Assembly: GCA_965230895.1 (NCBI GenBank)
Contig: OZ246394.1
Location: 1,249,887 to 1,313,886 of the forward strand
Direction of reading: 5' to 3'
DNA from: an uncultured Gammaproteobacteria bacterium
GTDB lineage: Bacteria; Patescibacteriota; Microgenomatia; Levybacterales; UBA12049
Length of the DNA stretch: 64,000 bases
Shown here: piece by piece, positions 10,026 through 20,785 of the stretch
Position numbering within the stretch: the first letter of the stretch is position 1
Layout of the letters: every line of letters begins with the position of its first letter
Made by a program: the position numbers and the translations under genes
Notes under the pieces: model-generated
Databases searched by the model: none
The model's input: only the letters and a program-made list of their open reading frames with translations
Told to the model about the DNA's origin: nothing

Positions 10026-11333
10026 ATGAACGCATCGGTTCTAGAAGCTTCATATCCAATTACGTTTCAGCAGAAAGAAGCAGAAAAGCTGGGCGAGTAT
10101 TTGCGCCAACGCCAATCTGTAAACCTTATCGGTATGAAACGTGTCGGGATCAGTAATTTTCTTCGCTTTTTTCTCAATCACACAGATATTATTCCTACTT
10201 ACATCAGTAAAAACGAGCACCATTTATTCATCCCCGTTGACCTCAATGACCTCGTAGAACAAGAGATTTATCCGTTCTGGACGTTGACCCTTAAACGGAT
10301 TGTTGATGTCTCTGCGCAATCAGATTTAGCTCCCGAAGTGAAAGAGAAGATTAATGAGCTGTTTTTAAAGAGTATTCAGTTTCAGGACTTATTTATTGTT
10401 ATTGATAATATTCGTCATGCCTTGGTCTTAATAGGTGAAAGCGGAATGTATCCCACAATCTTCTTCCTAAGATTCGATCGACTTAAGGATAAATTTAATT
10501 CATCATTTTTTGATAATCTTCAAGGTTTGCGTGATGCAACGAATGAAAATTTGACATATGTCTTTACAAGCTACCGAAGTCTCATGAGTATTTTCCCTGG
10601 AGCGCGAGCGAATCTTTCTGTCTTTTCTCAAACCATGTTTGCTAAGCCTGCAAGTGATAGTGATATGAGGGTTGTATATGATGCGTACAGACAGCGGTAT
10701 AAGTTGGCTTTGCAGCCACCAGTTGAACAAGCTTTCTTTGAAGCAATAGGTGGATATATGCAGTATCTTCAACTTGGTTTGATTCATCTTAATGAAGTTC
10801 AGAGAAAGAAATTGCAATCAAAAGAAGATATTATGCATACACTTCTTTCTGACGAGCGGATTATGCTTCAATCTGAAGAGTTATGGGAAAGCCTTTTTCT
10901 TGAGGAGCAAAAGGTGCTTTCTCAAGTTGTGAAGAAGCAATCTCTCAGTGATGAGGATCGGGAGAAAGGGAAGTATCTTTGGGAAACAGGATTCCTCTTT
11001 GAAGAAAGGGGAGGCCTTCGTGTCTTTAGTCCATTGTTTGAGGCTTTTATCCTTCAACTTGAGGAAGAAGAAACAAAAAAGAAGAAAACAGCACATCTTA
11101 CGAAGAAAGAGCATTTACTTTTTACGCTCCTTAAGGAGCAAATGGGAGAGATTGTTGAGCGTGAAAATATTGTTGAAGTTGTGTGGCCGGAATCGCAAGA
11201 ATTTGGAGTTTCAGACTGGGCAATAGACCGGTTGGTTGCGAGGGTCCGTTTAAAACTTCGCGATCAAGATACACGTTATGAAATCCAAACCATACGCACA
11301 CGCGGCTATAAATTAACTCCCCTTAAAGATTAA
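10026..11333 (+). CDS. Degenerate P-loop/AAA-like domain fused to a C-terminal OmpR/PhoB-type winged-helix DNA-binding domain
   Basis: N-terminal LIGMKRVGISN (Walker-A-like); C-terminal LTKKEHLLFTLL...VERENIVEVVWP...AIDRLVARVRLKL...IQTIRTRGYKL. Confidence 0.75.
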   Translation: MNASVLEASYPITFQQKEAEKLGEYLRQRQSVNLIGMKRVGISNFLRFFLNHTDIIPTYISKNEHHLFIPVDLNDLVEQEIYPFWTLTLKRIVDVSAQSDLAPEVKEKINELFLKSIQFQDLFIVIDNIRHALVLIGESGMYPTIFFLRFDRLKDKFNSSFFDNLQGLRDATNENLTYVFTSYRSLMSIFPGARANLSVFSQTMFAKPASDSDMRVVYDAYRQRYKLALQPPVEQAFFEAIGGYMQYLQLGLIHLNEVQRKKLQSKEDIMHTLLSDERIMLQSEELWESLFLEEQKVLSQVVKKQSLSDEDREKGKYLWETGFLFEERGGLRVFSPLFEAFILQLEEEETKKKKTAHLTKKEHLLFTLLKEQMGEIVERENIVEVVWPESQEFGVSDWAIDRLVARVRLKLRDQDTRYEIQTIRTRGYKLTPLKD

Positions 11334-11373
11334 CTTATTTCTTCGAGTCTCTAACCGTGTTATAATTAGCCTC

Positions 11374-13650
11374 ATGGACAAGGTGTACAACCATAAAGAA
11401 TTTGAAGAAAATATCTATAAGCTTTGGGAAGAGCGAGGCTACTTTAAGCCAGAAGTTAATCCTGATGGAGAGCCTTATACAATTATTCTTCCACCTCCGA
11501 ATGCTAATGGTGATCTTCATTTCGGTCATGCAATGTTTGTCATTGAAGATATCCTCATTCGACATCATCGTATGAAAGGTTATTCTGCTCTATGGCTCCC
11601 GGGTTCTGATCATGCAGGGACTGAAACGCAATTCGTTTTTGAAAAAAAACTGCAGGAGCTTGGTAAATCGCGTTTAGATTATGCACGAAATGATCTTTAT
11701 CAGATGATCTGGGATTACGTTCAAGAGAATAGGGGAGGAATTGATAAACAACTCAAGCGATTAGGCTTTTCCTTAGATTGGTCTCGCTCCAAATTTACAT
11801 TGGATCCTGATATCGTACAGATAGTGAAACAAACATTTCGTCAAATGCATAAGGATAGGTTAGTGTATAGAGATTATCGTTTGGTCAACTATTGCACAAG
11901 AGATGGCACGTCATTCTCAGATCTTGAGGTTGTCCACGATGAGCGCCCAAATCCTTTGTATTACATCAAATATGGACCGTTAACATTAGCTACGACTCGT
12001 CCTGAAACAAAATTTGGAGATACTGCTGTTGCTGTGAACCCAGAAGATGATCGGTATAAAGAATATGTAGGCAAAGAGATTGAGATTGAAACTGTGCTTG
12101 GCAAAGCAAAAATTAAAGTAGTTGCTGATGAATCAGTTGATCCGAAGTTTGGAACTGGAGTTGTGAAGATCACTCCTGCACATGATTTTAATGATTTTGA
12201 AACGGGGAAACGCCACAATCTTGAGATGCGTCAGGTTATTGGTTTTGATGGCAAAATGAATCACCATGCAGGTAAGTTTGAAGGCCTTTATGTAAAGCAA
12301 GCTCGTAAAGCTATTGTGGAAGAAATGCAAGAAAAGGGACTTCTCGTAAAGGTGGACGAGAACTATGTCTCTCGAATAGGTGTCTGCTATAAATGCAAAA
12401 CCGTGCTTGAGCCACTTCCACTCGAACAATGGTACATTAAAGTTAAACCGTTGATTGAGAATGCTAATAAATCTGTAGATAAAGGCTTTGTGAAGATTTA
12501 TCCTGGTAATTACACTAATATACTTAAGCAATGGTACGCTGGGCTGCGGGATTGGAATATCTCTCGCCAAAATGTCTGGGGAATCCAGATCCCGGTTTGG
12601 TATGAAGTTTTAGATGAAAGTGCCTTTACGGTCTCTTTTATAAATACAAAAAAAGAACCGCAGCAAGGTAACTTAAAAGAACTTCTGAAAGATCATTCGT
12701 GGGAGGAGATCGAAGCTGGATTACAAAAGGTTGTGGCTCCAATCACAGCAAATGTTGTTTTTGAAGATGAAAAGGAGGAAGGGAAGCATTACCTTCCTGA
12801 AACAGACACATTTGATACGTGGTTCTCTTCAGGACAGTGGCCGTATGTCACATTAAAAACGTCTCACCCAGGCGATTTTGAGAAATTTTATCCAACTTCA
12901 GTGATGGAAACAGGATATGACATCCTTCGAGCTTGGGTCTCAAGAATGCTTCTTTTGGGACTATATGTAGCAAATGGTAAACATGAGACAAATGAGGCTA
13001 AACTCAAGGAAACAGTTCCATTTAAAGATGTTGTCCTGCATGGCTTGGTCAATGATCCTTTAGGGAAGAAGATGAGTAAATCGAAGGGCAATGTTGTTAA
13101 TCCTTTGCAGGTTGCCGATGAATATGGCGCAGATGCCGTCCGTATGGCGTTAGTTTACGGTACAGCCCTTGGAAATGATCAAGCTATGTCATATGCCAAA
13201 CTTGATGCAATGCGCAAGTTTACGAACAAGATTTGGAATATGGCGCGTTTCATTGAAATGAAACGAGAAGATGGAGGATTCTCATATGACGATAGCCTCC
13301 TTGAGCTGCAGAATCTCCAAAATCAGACTTTACACGACAATGATTCCGAATGGGTTGAGAAGGCTGCCGCATTCGTTTCAGAGCTCGATAAATATTTAAA
13401 TTCGTATCAATTTAATCTTGCTGCAGAGCGTCTTTATGAGTTTATCTGGCATGAGTTCGCTGATAAATACATAGAAGATGTAAAGAACAGAATAGATGTC
13501 AGCTCATTTAGTGTTCTCAGCTCTTTATTTATTGTTCAGTTAAAGCTGCTCCATCCTTTCATGCCATTTTTAACAGAGGCAATATTTCAGAAGCTAATAG
13601 GGGAGACAAAATCAATTATGATTGCATCTTGGCCTTCAAAAACCTCTTAA
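11374..13650 (+). CDS. valS: Valine--tRNA ligase (short; no C-terminal coiled coil)
   Basis: PPPNANGDLHFGH, DWNISRQ, DTFDTWFSS, KMSKSKGN. Confidence 0.96.
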   Translation: MDKVYNHKEFEENIYKLWEERGYFKPEVNPDGEPYTIILPPPNANGDLHFGHAMFVIEDILIRHHRMKGYSALWLPGSDHAGTETQFVFEKKLQELGKSRLDYARNDLYQMIWDYVQENRGGIDKQLKRLGFSLDWSRSKFTLDPDIVQIVKQTFRQMHKDRLVYRDYRLVNYCTRDGTSFSDLEVVHDERPNPLYYIKYGPLTLATTRPETKFGDTAVAVNPEDDRYKEYVGKEIEIETVLGKAKIKVVADESVDPKFGTGVVKITPAHDFNDFETGKRHNLEMRQVIGFDGKMNHHAGKFEGLYVKQARKAIVEEMQEKGLLVKVDENYVSRIGVCYKCKTVLEPLPLEQWYIKVKPLIENANKSVDKGFVKIYPGNYTNILKQWYAGLRDWNISRQNVWGIQIPVWYEVLDESAFTVSFINTKKEPQQGNLKELLKDHSWEEIEAGLQKVVAPITANVVFEDEKEEGKHYLPETDTFDTWFSSGQWPYVTLKTSHPGDFEKFYPTSVMETGYDILRAWVSRMLLLGLYVANGKHETNEAKLKETVPFKDVVLHGLVNDPLGKKMSKSKGNVVNPLQVADEYGADAVRMALVYGTALGNDQAMSYAKLDAMRKFTNKIWNMARFIEMKREDGGFSYDDSLLELQNLQNQTLHDNDSEWVEKAAAFVSELDKYLNSYQFNLAAERLYEFIWHEFADKYIEDVKNRIDVSSFSVLSSLFIVQLKLLHPFMPFLTEAIFQKLIGETKSIMIASWPSKTS

Positions 13651-13692
13651 CTAGACAGATTTTGCTCTATGTGATAGAGTCAAATTCGACAA

Positions 13693-14115
13693 ATGAAACA
13701 TAAAATAACTGAAACAGCAACTAAAGCTATTGCTTTATTCCCGAGGAATATCCGATCTATTACCGATTTTCAATTTTCAAAAACGAATAGCCAGCACTTG
13801 AAAGTTGGCATTGTAAGCTCGTTATCCCTTTTTCTTTTAGCTTTAATCTTCCTTCAAGGAGTTACTCTTTGGTACAACATGCAACAGCGAGAAGTGTATA
13901 CTGATGAACGTGTCCATATCGAAAAAGAAATTGCTTATTGGGAGGCAATTGCGGACAAATATCAAGGCTACAGAGATGTATATTATAGAATTGCTTCTCT
14001 TCAATATAAAGTGGGGAACGTTGCAGCTTCGCAAGAATATGTTAAAAAAGCTTTAGAGTTGGATCCTAATTTCCCAGAGGGACATGTACTCGGAGCAAAA
14101 GTGGGGTTAGAATAA
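13693..14115 (+). CDS. Small membrane-anchored TPR protein
   Basis: One TM helix, then YRDVYYRIASLQYKVGNVAASQEYVKKALELDPN. Confidence 0.7.
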   Translation: MKHKITETATKAIALFPRNIRSITDFQFSKTNSQHLKVGIVSSLSLFLLALIFLQGVTLWYNMQQREVYTDERVHIEKEIAYWEAIADKYQGYRDVYYRIASLQYKVGNVAASQEYVKKALELDPNFPEGHVLGAKVGLE

Positions 14116-14814
14116 TTATTCTTTTTTCTCTTCAGCATCTTCAGCTGGAGCTTCAGATGAACTTTCTTCGCTTGATTCGCCTTCTTTAATTTCGCCTTCT
14201 TCTCCTTCAGCTGTTTCACCTTCAGCACCTTCTTCTGCTTCAGGCTCTGGTTCCTCTTCAATAACTAATTCATTAATCTTAACAACTGTTTGAGAAGGAT
14301 CAGTGAGGATTGTTACATCATCTGATACTTTAAGATCACCAACAGTTATTTGATCTCCAACAGCAGCAAGTTCTTCAACATTGATCTCAACATTCTCAGG
14401 AAGATTTGCTGGTAATGCTTCAACCTCAACTTCATTTGTACTTTGGAGCATAATTCCTGCTTTTTCAGTAACAGCTTGAGCTTCACCTGTTACAACGACA
14501 GGGATCATAGCTTTAACCTTAACCTTCAAATTAACTTGGTAGAAATCTACATGAAGAGGAAAGTCGAGATCAAAATTCTTGTGCATGCTCTTAACCAAAA
14601 CTGGCTTTGTCTTTCCATCAAAAGTAAGATCAATTAAACCTGTATCACCAGCTTCTTTGTATACTTTTTGAAAGTCAGAAAGCTTTACTTGGATAGACTT
14701 TGATTCGAGGCCTTTACCATAAACATTTGCAGGAAGAATACCTTCTCGGCGGAGTTTTTTAACCTTTTTTCCCAATACTGTTCTTGATTCAGCATTTAGC
14801 TGTGGGTTTTTCAT
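14116..14814 (-). CDS. rplY: 50S ribosomal protein L25/Ctc with acidic tail (start corrected to 14814)
   Basis: MKNPQLNAESRTVLGKKVKKLRREGILPANVYG, HVDFYQV, Glu-rich C-terminus; TAGAAT 7 nt before the ATG. Confidence 0.95.
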   Translation of the reverse strand: MKNPQLNAESRTVLGKKVKKLRREGILPANVYGKGLESKSIQVKLSDFQKVYKEAGDTGLIDLTFDGKTKPVLVKSMHKNFDLDFPLHVDFYQVNLKVKVKAMIPVVVTGEAQAVTEKAGIMLQSTNEVEVEALPANLPENVEINVEELAAVGDQITVGDLKVSDDVTILTDPSQTVVKINELVIEEEPEPEAEEGAEGETAEGEEGEIKEGESSEESSSEAPAEDAEEKKE

Positions 14815-14928
14815 AATAGTTATTCTATAACAACTTGTATTGTTATACAAGAGTCGAAAGAAGTGTAACAAATATCGTCTACCATGTCAAACTATGGGGT
14901 CGTTTGTTTCCTGTATAATGGAGAAGAT

Positions 14929-15405
14929 ATGCGTATTTTAGGTATAGATCCTGGTGTGGGTCGAATGGGTTGGGGAGTTGTTGACGTCCAAGGCGGGAAG
15001 GTCAAAGCTATCGATTATGGATGCCTTGAGACTCCCAAAGAACACGCATTAGAGCAGAGGATAGAATCACTCTACAATACTGTTATCCAAATAATTCACG
15101 CACATAAACCTGAAGCTCTGGCAATTGAGTCGTTATTCTTTAATAAGAATGTAACAACAGCGATAGCAGTGGGGCAGGCGAGGGGAGTCGTTCTTCTTGC
15201 TGCAGCACAAAATAAATTGCCGATAACTTCGTATACTCCACAACAAGTGAAATCAGGAATCACTGGCTACGGTAAAGCAGATAAGCTTCAAGTAGGGAAT
15301 ATGATAAAAATGGTTTTGCATTTACAGAGCATCCCAAAACCTGATGATACCGCTGATGCCTTAGCTATTGCAGTGACGCATGCGTTTTCATATAAAATGA
15401 AATAA
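14929..15405 (+). CDS. ruvC: Holliday junction endonuclease RuvC (start corrected to 14929)
   Basis: MRILGIDPG, AIESLFF, GQARGV, YTPQQVK, PDDTADALAIA. Confidence 0.96.
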   Translation: MRILGIDPGVGRMGWGVVDVQGGKVKAIDYGCLETPKEHALEQRIESLYNTVIQIIHAHKPEALAIESLFFNKNVTTAIAVGQARGVVLLAAAQNKLPITSYTPQQVKSGITGYGKADKLQVGNMIKMVLHLQSIPKPDDTADALAIAVTHAFSYKMK

Positions 15406-15407
15406 AT

Positions 15408-16001
15408 ATGTTTGATCTTGGGTTTTTGCTTCAAATTGCTGCAATCATACTTCTTATCATTTGGAGGTTTTATTGGCATGTTACTGAACAATCTACGGAA
15501 CGATCCAAACCTAAAACGAAAGAGTCTTACTCGTTTTTCCATAAGAAGAATTTAAGCAAAATACTGACAATTGGTGCGTTCATTCCTGTAACTTTCCAAC
15601 TTTTAGGTCTTTCTTTATTCCCTTTTACAACCGAGTATGCATTGCTGCAGCTCGCCGGATTTGGAATCGTTCTCGTAGGATGGCTAATTGCAATAAGAGG
15701 GAGATATGATCTTGGGACAAATTGGGCAAGAAGTTATGACTATCAGGTAAAAGAGAAGCAAGAACTTGTTACCTCAGGAATTTATAAATATATCCGACAT
15801 CCGATTTATAGTGGCATTGCACTTATGTTCATTGGGTCTGAATTGATAGTCCAAAGCTATATGGTCATCGTTTATATTTTGCTTTATATAGGAGCTTATA
15901 TTCAAGCATCATGGGAAGAAAAATTGCTCATAAAACATTTTGGTCAGAAGTATATTAACTATATGAAAAGCTCAAAACGCTTTATTCCATGGATTGTTTA
16001 G
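15408..16001 (+). CDS. Isoprenylcysteine carboxylmethyltransferase/PEMT-family membrane protein
   Basis: LVTSGIYKYIRHPIYSG, EEKLLIKHFGQKYINY, RFIP. Confidence 0.85.
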   Translation: MFDLGFLLQIAAIILLIIWRFYWHVTEQSTERSKPKTKESYSFFHKKNLSKILTIGAFIPVTFQLLGLSLFPFTTEYALLQLAGFGIVLVGWLIAIRGRYDLGTNWARSYDYQVKEKQELVTSGIYKYIRHPIYSGIALMFIGSELIVQSYMVIVYILLYIGAYIQASWEEKLLIKHFGQKYINYMKSSKRFIPWIV

Positions 16002-16897
16002 CGAAATAAGGAAGCAAATAGTTCCATTAATAATCGGAAGAATTGAAGTAGCAACTCAATAAATCCACCTTGATTTCCTCCACCTCCTCCAGGGTTTTCG
16101 ATATCATATCCAGGGGTTGGCTCGATTGTTGGGGAGGTATCAATACCATCAATTGGAGAAATGCTAGGGCTATTTGTGATATCTGGATCTCCAGTCGGTA
16201 CACTAGTTACAGAAGGTGCTATTGTCGGACATGATCCAAGACAACCTGGATTGGGGACGGTCGGATTTGCAGTAGGTTGGATAGGGAGGCTAATTGTCGG
16301 CTGTATGCCTGACCCCACATCATCTTTTGCAAAATCTTGCGTCCAATATGATCCACTTTTTGCAATCCCAGTATAAACAAGTTCTGGGTCAAGCATATTT
16401 TCATTATGTCCAGGTGATTCTTTCCATTGATTAAATATTGTTGTGGCATCACTTGCAGTGTTCATCGCAATGTTCTCTGCATCGTACGAAGATCCACACT
16501 CGGCTGCTCTTTGAGCTGGTGTTCGATTGAGAGAATCTGTGTGCTCAAGGTAATTCTTTGCAGACATGTCTTTACTAAGCCAAGCTGCCATACGATTAAG
16601 ATTTTCTGAAGCGATAAGTACAGGCAAATTATTTTGTTGTCGATATGTATTTACAAGGTCGAGAAGTTTTGTTTCTTCACTGTCGAGAAAATAATCTTCA
16701 GCCGCCACCTGACAGCTTGCTAGTTGTGCTCTGCTTCTGATGTCCTGACTCTTTTGTAACTCGTTTACGACTACAAACAGGATTAATAGCAAAAGTATGA
16801 CAGAAGAGGCCACTATAGCAGAATATTGTTTAAACCATGGTGTTTTCTTAGAGAGGGATCTTTTTGTCGGTTTTTTTATATGCTTCGGCTTAGCCAT
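15998..16897 (-). CDS. Exported CAP/SCP-domain protein with Pro/Thr linker and amphipathic tail
   Basis: N-terminal TM helix; LVNTYRQQNNL, ENIA, WKESPGHNENML, YWTQDF; PT-rich linker. Confidence 0.85.
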   Translation of the reverse strand: MAKPKHIKKPTKRSLSKKTPWFKQYSAIVASSVILLLLILFVVVNELQKSQDIRSRAQLASCQVAAEDYFLDSEETKLLDLVNTYRQQNNLPVLIASENLNRMAAWLSKDMSAKNYLEHTDSLNRTPAQRAAECGSSYDAENIAMNTASDATTIFNQWKESPGHNENMLDPELVYTGIAKSGSYWTQDFAKDDVGSGIQPTISLPIQPTANPTVPNPGCLGSCPTIAPSVTSVPTGDPDITNSPSISPIDGIDTSPTIEPTPGYDIENPGGGGGNQGGFIELLLQFFRLLMELFASLFR

Positions 16898-16971
16898 ATC
16901 TCTATTATGTAAAGATTCTCCATGCGTTGTAAACAGGTAATTCTCTGTTATAATCGTGGTACTTTCTGCCT

Positions 16972-17547
16972 ATGATAGGAACACTTAAAGGAATAATTGA
17001 ATATAGAGAAGACCCTGCGCTTATTGTCGATGTTCATGGCGTGGGATATCGAGTCTTTGTCCCAACTTCTGTACTTTCTCAAGTCAACGGAACTGGCTCT
17101 GAAATAAAATTGTTTACACATACTCATGTCCGTGAAGATCTGCTTGAACTTTACGGATTCACTGATCCTTCTGACCTCAAACTTTTTGAATACCTTATCG
17201 GTGTCTCAGGTGTTGGTTGCAGAACTGCGCTTGGTATTTTCTCCGTTGGATCTAAAAGTGCAATTATCCAGGCAATTAGTAAAGGCGATGTTGCTTTCTT
17301 TACTTCAGTTCCTCGGCTTGGAAAGAAAAATGGACAGAAGATCATTATTGAATTGAAGAATAAAATCGGCGCAACGGGAGATCTTGATCTCTCTTCATCT
17401 GCTGATGGCGATCCGGAATTGTTAGCAGCCTTGAAAACATTTGGTTTCTCAGCATCTGAAGCGCAAGATGCTATTCAAGCTTTAAATGGTAAAGGTGAGA
17501 CCGTTGAGGAAAAGGTCCGTTTGGCATTAAAGTATTTAGGAAAATAA
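16972..17547 (+). CDS. ruvA: Holliday junction branch migration protein RuvA
   Basis: DVHGVGY, HVRED, LYGF, VSGVG, VPRLGKK. Confidence 0.96.
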   Translation: MIGTLKGIIEYREDPALIVDVHGVGYRVFVPTSVLSQVNGTGSEIKLFTHTHVREDLLELYGFTDPSDLKLFEYLIGVSGVGCRTALGIFSVGSKSAIIQAISKGDVAFFTSVPRLGKKNGQKIIIELKNKIGATGDLDLSSSADGDPELLAALKTFGFSASEAQDAIQALNGKGETVEEKVRLALKYLGK

Positions 17548-17548
17548 T

Positions 17549-18577
17549 ATGGACAATCCAACAATTATTAAAGAGGAAACTGCAACTCCTGAAGAAGAGG
17601 TGATGTTTACATCACTTCGGGCTGGTTCTTGGTCCGAATTTCATGGACAAAGTGGTGTAAAGCAATCACTCCAAATCGCAATTGAAGCTGCAACAAAGCG
17701 TGAAGAGGCAATAGAGCATATCTTGCTTTATGGTCCTCCAGGGCTTGGCAAAACTTCACTTGCTCATATTGTTGCGAAAGAAATGAAAGCAAACATCCGT
17801 GTTACTACTGGTCCAGCTCTAGAAAGGGCAGGGGATTTGGCTTCAATTTTAACGAATCTTGAAAAAGGCGATATCCTTTTTATTGACGAAATTCACCGTT
17901 TAAACAAGTCGGTTGAAGAGACGATGTATCCCGCGATGGAGGATTACGCCCTGGATATTGTTCTTGGGAAAGGACCTTCAGCGAGAACGATGCGGTTGGA
18001 TTTACCGCAATTTACTATCATCGGAGCCACTACCAGAGCGGGCATGTTGTCTGCACCATTGCGTGACCGATTTGGAGTTGTCCATCGTTTAAACTTTTAT
18101 GAACCAAAGGAACTTGGGAAGATTATTCATGGTGCAGCAAAGAAGCTAAATATAGAAGTGGACGTTGAAAGTATTGAAGAAATTGCAAGGAGAGCTCGAG
18201 GCACTCCTCGTATTGCTTTAAAGATTCTAAAGCGTGTTCGTGACTATGCTCAAGTTAAAGGGAAAGGGCATATTGATAAGCGAGCAACAGATCAAGCCTT
18301 GGCTATGTTAGAGGTTGATGAGAAGGGTCTTGACCATTTGGACATTAAATTCCTCAAAGCCATCATAGAGAAGCACTCAGGCGGTCCAGTGGGTATCGAA
18401 ACAATTGCTGCAACGATATCTGAAGATAGCGGGACATTAGAAGATTTGGTTGAACCATATCTCCTTCAATTAGGGTTTCTCAAAAGGACATCCCGAGGGA
18501 GAGTCGCGACACCCGCAGCGTATATGCATATTGGTTTGATACATCCCGATAAGGGAGAACAAGACAAACTCCTATGA
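17549..18577 (+). CDS. ruvB: Holliday junction DNA helicase RuvB
   Basis: [37 protein letters not shown]. Confidence 0.98.
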   Translation: MDNPTIIKEETATPEEEVMFTSLRAGSWSEFHGQSGVKQSLQIAIEAATKREEAIEHILLYGPPGLGKTSLAHIVAKEMKANIRVTTGPALERAGDLASILTNLEKGDILFIDEIHRLNKSVEETMYPAMEDYALDIVLGKGPSARTMRLDLPQFTIIGATTRAGMLSAPLRDRFGVVHRLNFYEPKELGKIIHGAAKKLNIEVDVESIEEIARRARGTPRIALKILKRVRDYAQVKGKGHIDKRATDQALAMLEVDEKGLDHLDIKFLKAIIEKHSGGPVGIETIAATISEDSGTLEDLVEPYLLQLGFLKRTSRGRVATPAAYMHIGLIHPDKGEQDKLL

Positions 18578-18587
18578 TATTATTGAA

Positions 18588-20354
18588 ATGATGAAGCGAT
18601 TGGTTTTCTTCTTTGCCTTATTATTCTCATTCATCTTTGTTCCACTTGCACATGCTGATGAAGGTTGGATTATAGATAATTTCCAAGCAGATATTGCTGT
18701 ACAAGAATCGGGTGAAGTCCGAGTTGTGGAAACCCTTGATGTTGATTTTAAAGATCTAGACAAGCATGGTATTTATCGTGATATTCCATTTGAGTACGAA
18801 TCCAATGGAGAACTGACATATACAAATATCGATATTGCTAGTGTCTTACAAGATGATAAAAAAGCGAAATACGATACCTCTGTTACTGACGGGTATATCA
18901 GAGTAAAGATCGGTGATCCAGATGAAACAATTTCTGGAAGGCATATCTATGTTATTACCTATACAGCAAGAGGTGTTTTGCGAGGATTTCAAGATCATGA
19001 CGAACTCTATTGGAATATAACCGGTAATCAATGGGGAGTTCCAATTTCTCACGTCGAAGCTGTCGTTACGCTCCCGAAAGAAGAAATAACTAGGATTACA
19101 TGCTTTGAAGGTTTTGCGGGTTCTACAGCAATTTGTGATGCCAAAAGAGAATCTTCTCAGCTTGCTCGATTTACAACATTTGGAGAATTAGGAGCTGGAC
19201 AAGGTTTGACAGTTGTTGTCGGTTATACAAGAGGAATTGTTCCCATACTTACAGTTGAGCGTCCAAAAACATTCTTTGAAAAGCTTATTGAATGGCCTTC
19301 TTTGGCCACAATTGCGATAATCCTTTTTGCCGGGATAGTGACTGTGTTATACCGTTGGTTCAGGCATGGTCGAGATTATTGGTTTGCTCAAAACATATTT
19401 GGAAAGAAAGGAGAACAAGGAAACCTCAAACCGATTGGGGCACATGAAACACTTACTGTTGAATTTACGCCGCCTGAAAAACTTCGTCCTGCAGAGATGG
19501 GTGTCTTGATGGATGAGCGGGCTGACACAAATGACGTTGTCGCGACAATTATTGATCTTGCGACTCGTGGCTACTTAACCATAACTGAAATCCCTAAAAA
19601 GTGGGTATTTGGAAAAGTTGACTATACACTTGCAAAGAAAGTAAAAGACGATAAGGATCTCCTTAACTATGAGAAAAAGTTGCTCCACAATCTCTTTAAA
19701 ACAGGCAACGAAGTTAAAATGTCTGATCTTAAAACTACTTTTTATGATGAGCTCCAGGAAGTAAAAAAAGAACTATACAAAGACGTAGTAGAAAAAGGGT
19801 TATTTCCTACTGATCCAGAAAAGGTTCGAGGAAATTATTTGGGAATTGGAATTGTGCTCACGATTGCCTGCTTCTTTGGCATATTTATTAGTATAGGAGC
19901 TGATCTTGTATTTGGAGCAGATATTGCATTGGGAGGCGTTGTTGTTGGTTTGTTACTTATGTTTATGTCTACACATATGCCAAGAAGAACAGCTTATGGT
20001 CGGGAGCTATATCGTCGTGTTCGTGGATATCAGTTATTTATTAATACTGCAGAAAAGCATCGTCAAGTTTTCTTTGAAAAGAGAAATATGTTTAACGAAG
20101 TTCTTCCATATGCGATTGCGTTTAGCTTGACTGAAAAGTTTGCAAAGCAGATGAAAAATATCGGTATTGAACCGAAGACAACAGGTTGGTATAGCGGTGT
20201 CCATCCAATTCATGCTGGGACATTTGGAGCAAGTATGAATAGTTTTTCAAATTCGATGTCTTCTGCCATTGCTTCAACTCCTTCAAGTAGTGGAGGGTTT
20301 TCTGGTGGTTCCTCGGGTGGAGGATTTGGTGGTGGAGGTGGTGGAAGCTGGTAA
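18588..20354 (+). CDS. DUF2207-family membrane protein
   Basis: Signal peptide, HGIYRDIP, DELYWNITG, ATIIDLATRGYL, LPYAIAF, C-terminal GGGFGGGGGGSW. Confidence 0.88.
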   Translation: MMKRLVFFFALLFSFIFVPLAHADEGWIIDNFQADIAVQESGEVRVVETLDVDFKDLDKHGIYRDIPFEYESNGELTYTNIDIASVLQDDKKAKYDTSVTDGYIRVKIGDPDETISGRHIYVITYTARGVLRGFQDHDELYWNITGNQWGVPISHVEAVVTLPKEEITRITCFEGFAGSTAICDAKRESSQLARFTTFGELGAGQGLTVVVGYTRGIVPILTVERPKTFFEKLIEWPSLATIAIILFAGIVTVLYRWFRHGRDYWFAQNIFGKKGEQGNLKPIGAHETLTVEFTPPEKLRPAEMGVLMDERADTNDVVATIIDLATRGYLTITEIPKKWVFGKVDYTLAKKVKDDKDLLNYEKKLLHNLFKTGNEVKMSDLKTTFYDELQEVKKELYKDVVEKGLFPTDPEKVRGNYLGIGIVLTIACFFGIFISIGADLVFGADIALGGVVVGLLLMFMSTHMPRRTAYGRELYRRVRGYQLFINTAEKHRQVFFEKRNMFNEVLPYAIAFSLTEKFAKQMKNIGIEPKTTGWYSGVHPIHAGTFGASMNSFSNSMSSAIASTPSSSGGFSGGSSGGGFGGGGGGSW

Positions 20355-20356
20355 GT

Positions 20357-20785
20357 ATGAAGCAGGGATTCGATTATCCGGGCGTAACAATTGTTTACTT
20401 CTGCCATGATGGCAAAGGCAATTTTATATTTGGAAAACGGACTGAAAATGCAAGAGATGAACAAGGTCGTTGGGATATTGGAGCAGGCGGTCTAGACTTC
20501 GGTCTGACAGTTGAGGAGACGCTTATAAAAGAGATTAAAGAGGAGTATTGTACTGATGTTCTGGAATATGAATTTTTAGGCTATCGAGATGTCCATCGAA
20601 ATCATGAAGGGAAGAAAACGCATTGGATTGCTTTGGATTTTAAAGTACTTATTGATCCGGAGAAGATTGGAGTGGGGGAGCCCCATAAGTTTTCTGCTGT
20701 CCGTATGTTCTCTTTGGATAAACTCCCTAATCCGTTACATTCCCAATTTCCTCATGCATTAAAGAAATACCGCCATAAGCTTTAA
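20357..20785 (+). CDS. NUDIX hydrolase
   Basis: GGLDFGLTVEETLIKEIKEEY variant NUDIX box; EPHKF. Confidence 0.85.
   Translation: MKQGFDYPGVTIVYFCHDGKGNFIFGKRTENARDEQGRWDIGAGGLDFGLTVEETLIKEIKEEYCTDVLEYEFLGYRDVHRNHEGKKTHWIALDFKVLIDPEKIGVGEPHKFSAVRMFSLDKLPNPLHSQFPHALKKYRHKL

Noticed and set aside
20270-20354. GGT/GGA-rich low-complexity tract
   Set aside because: Normal Gly/Ser tail of DUF2207 proteins.
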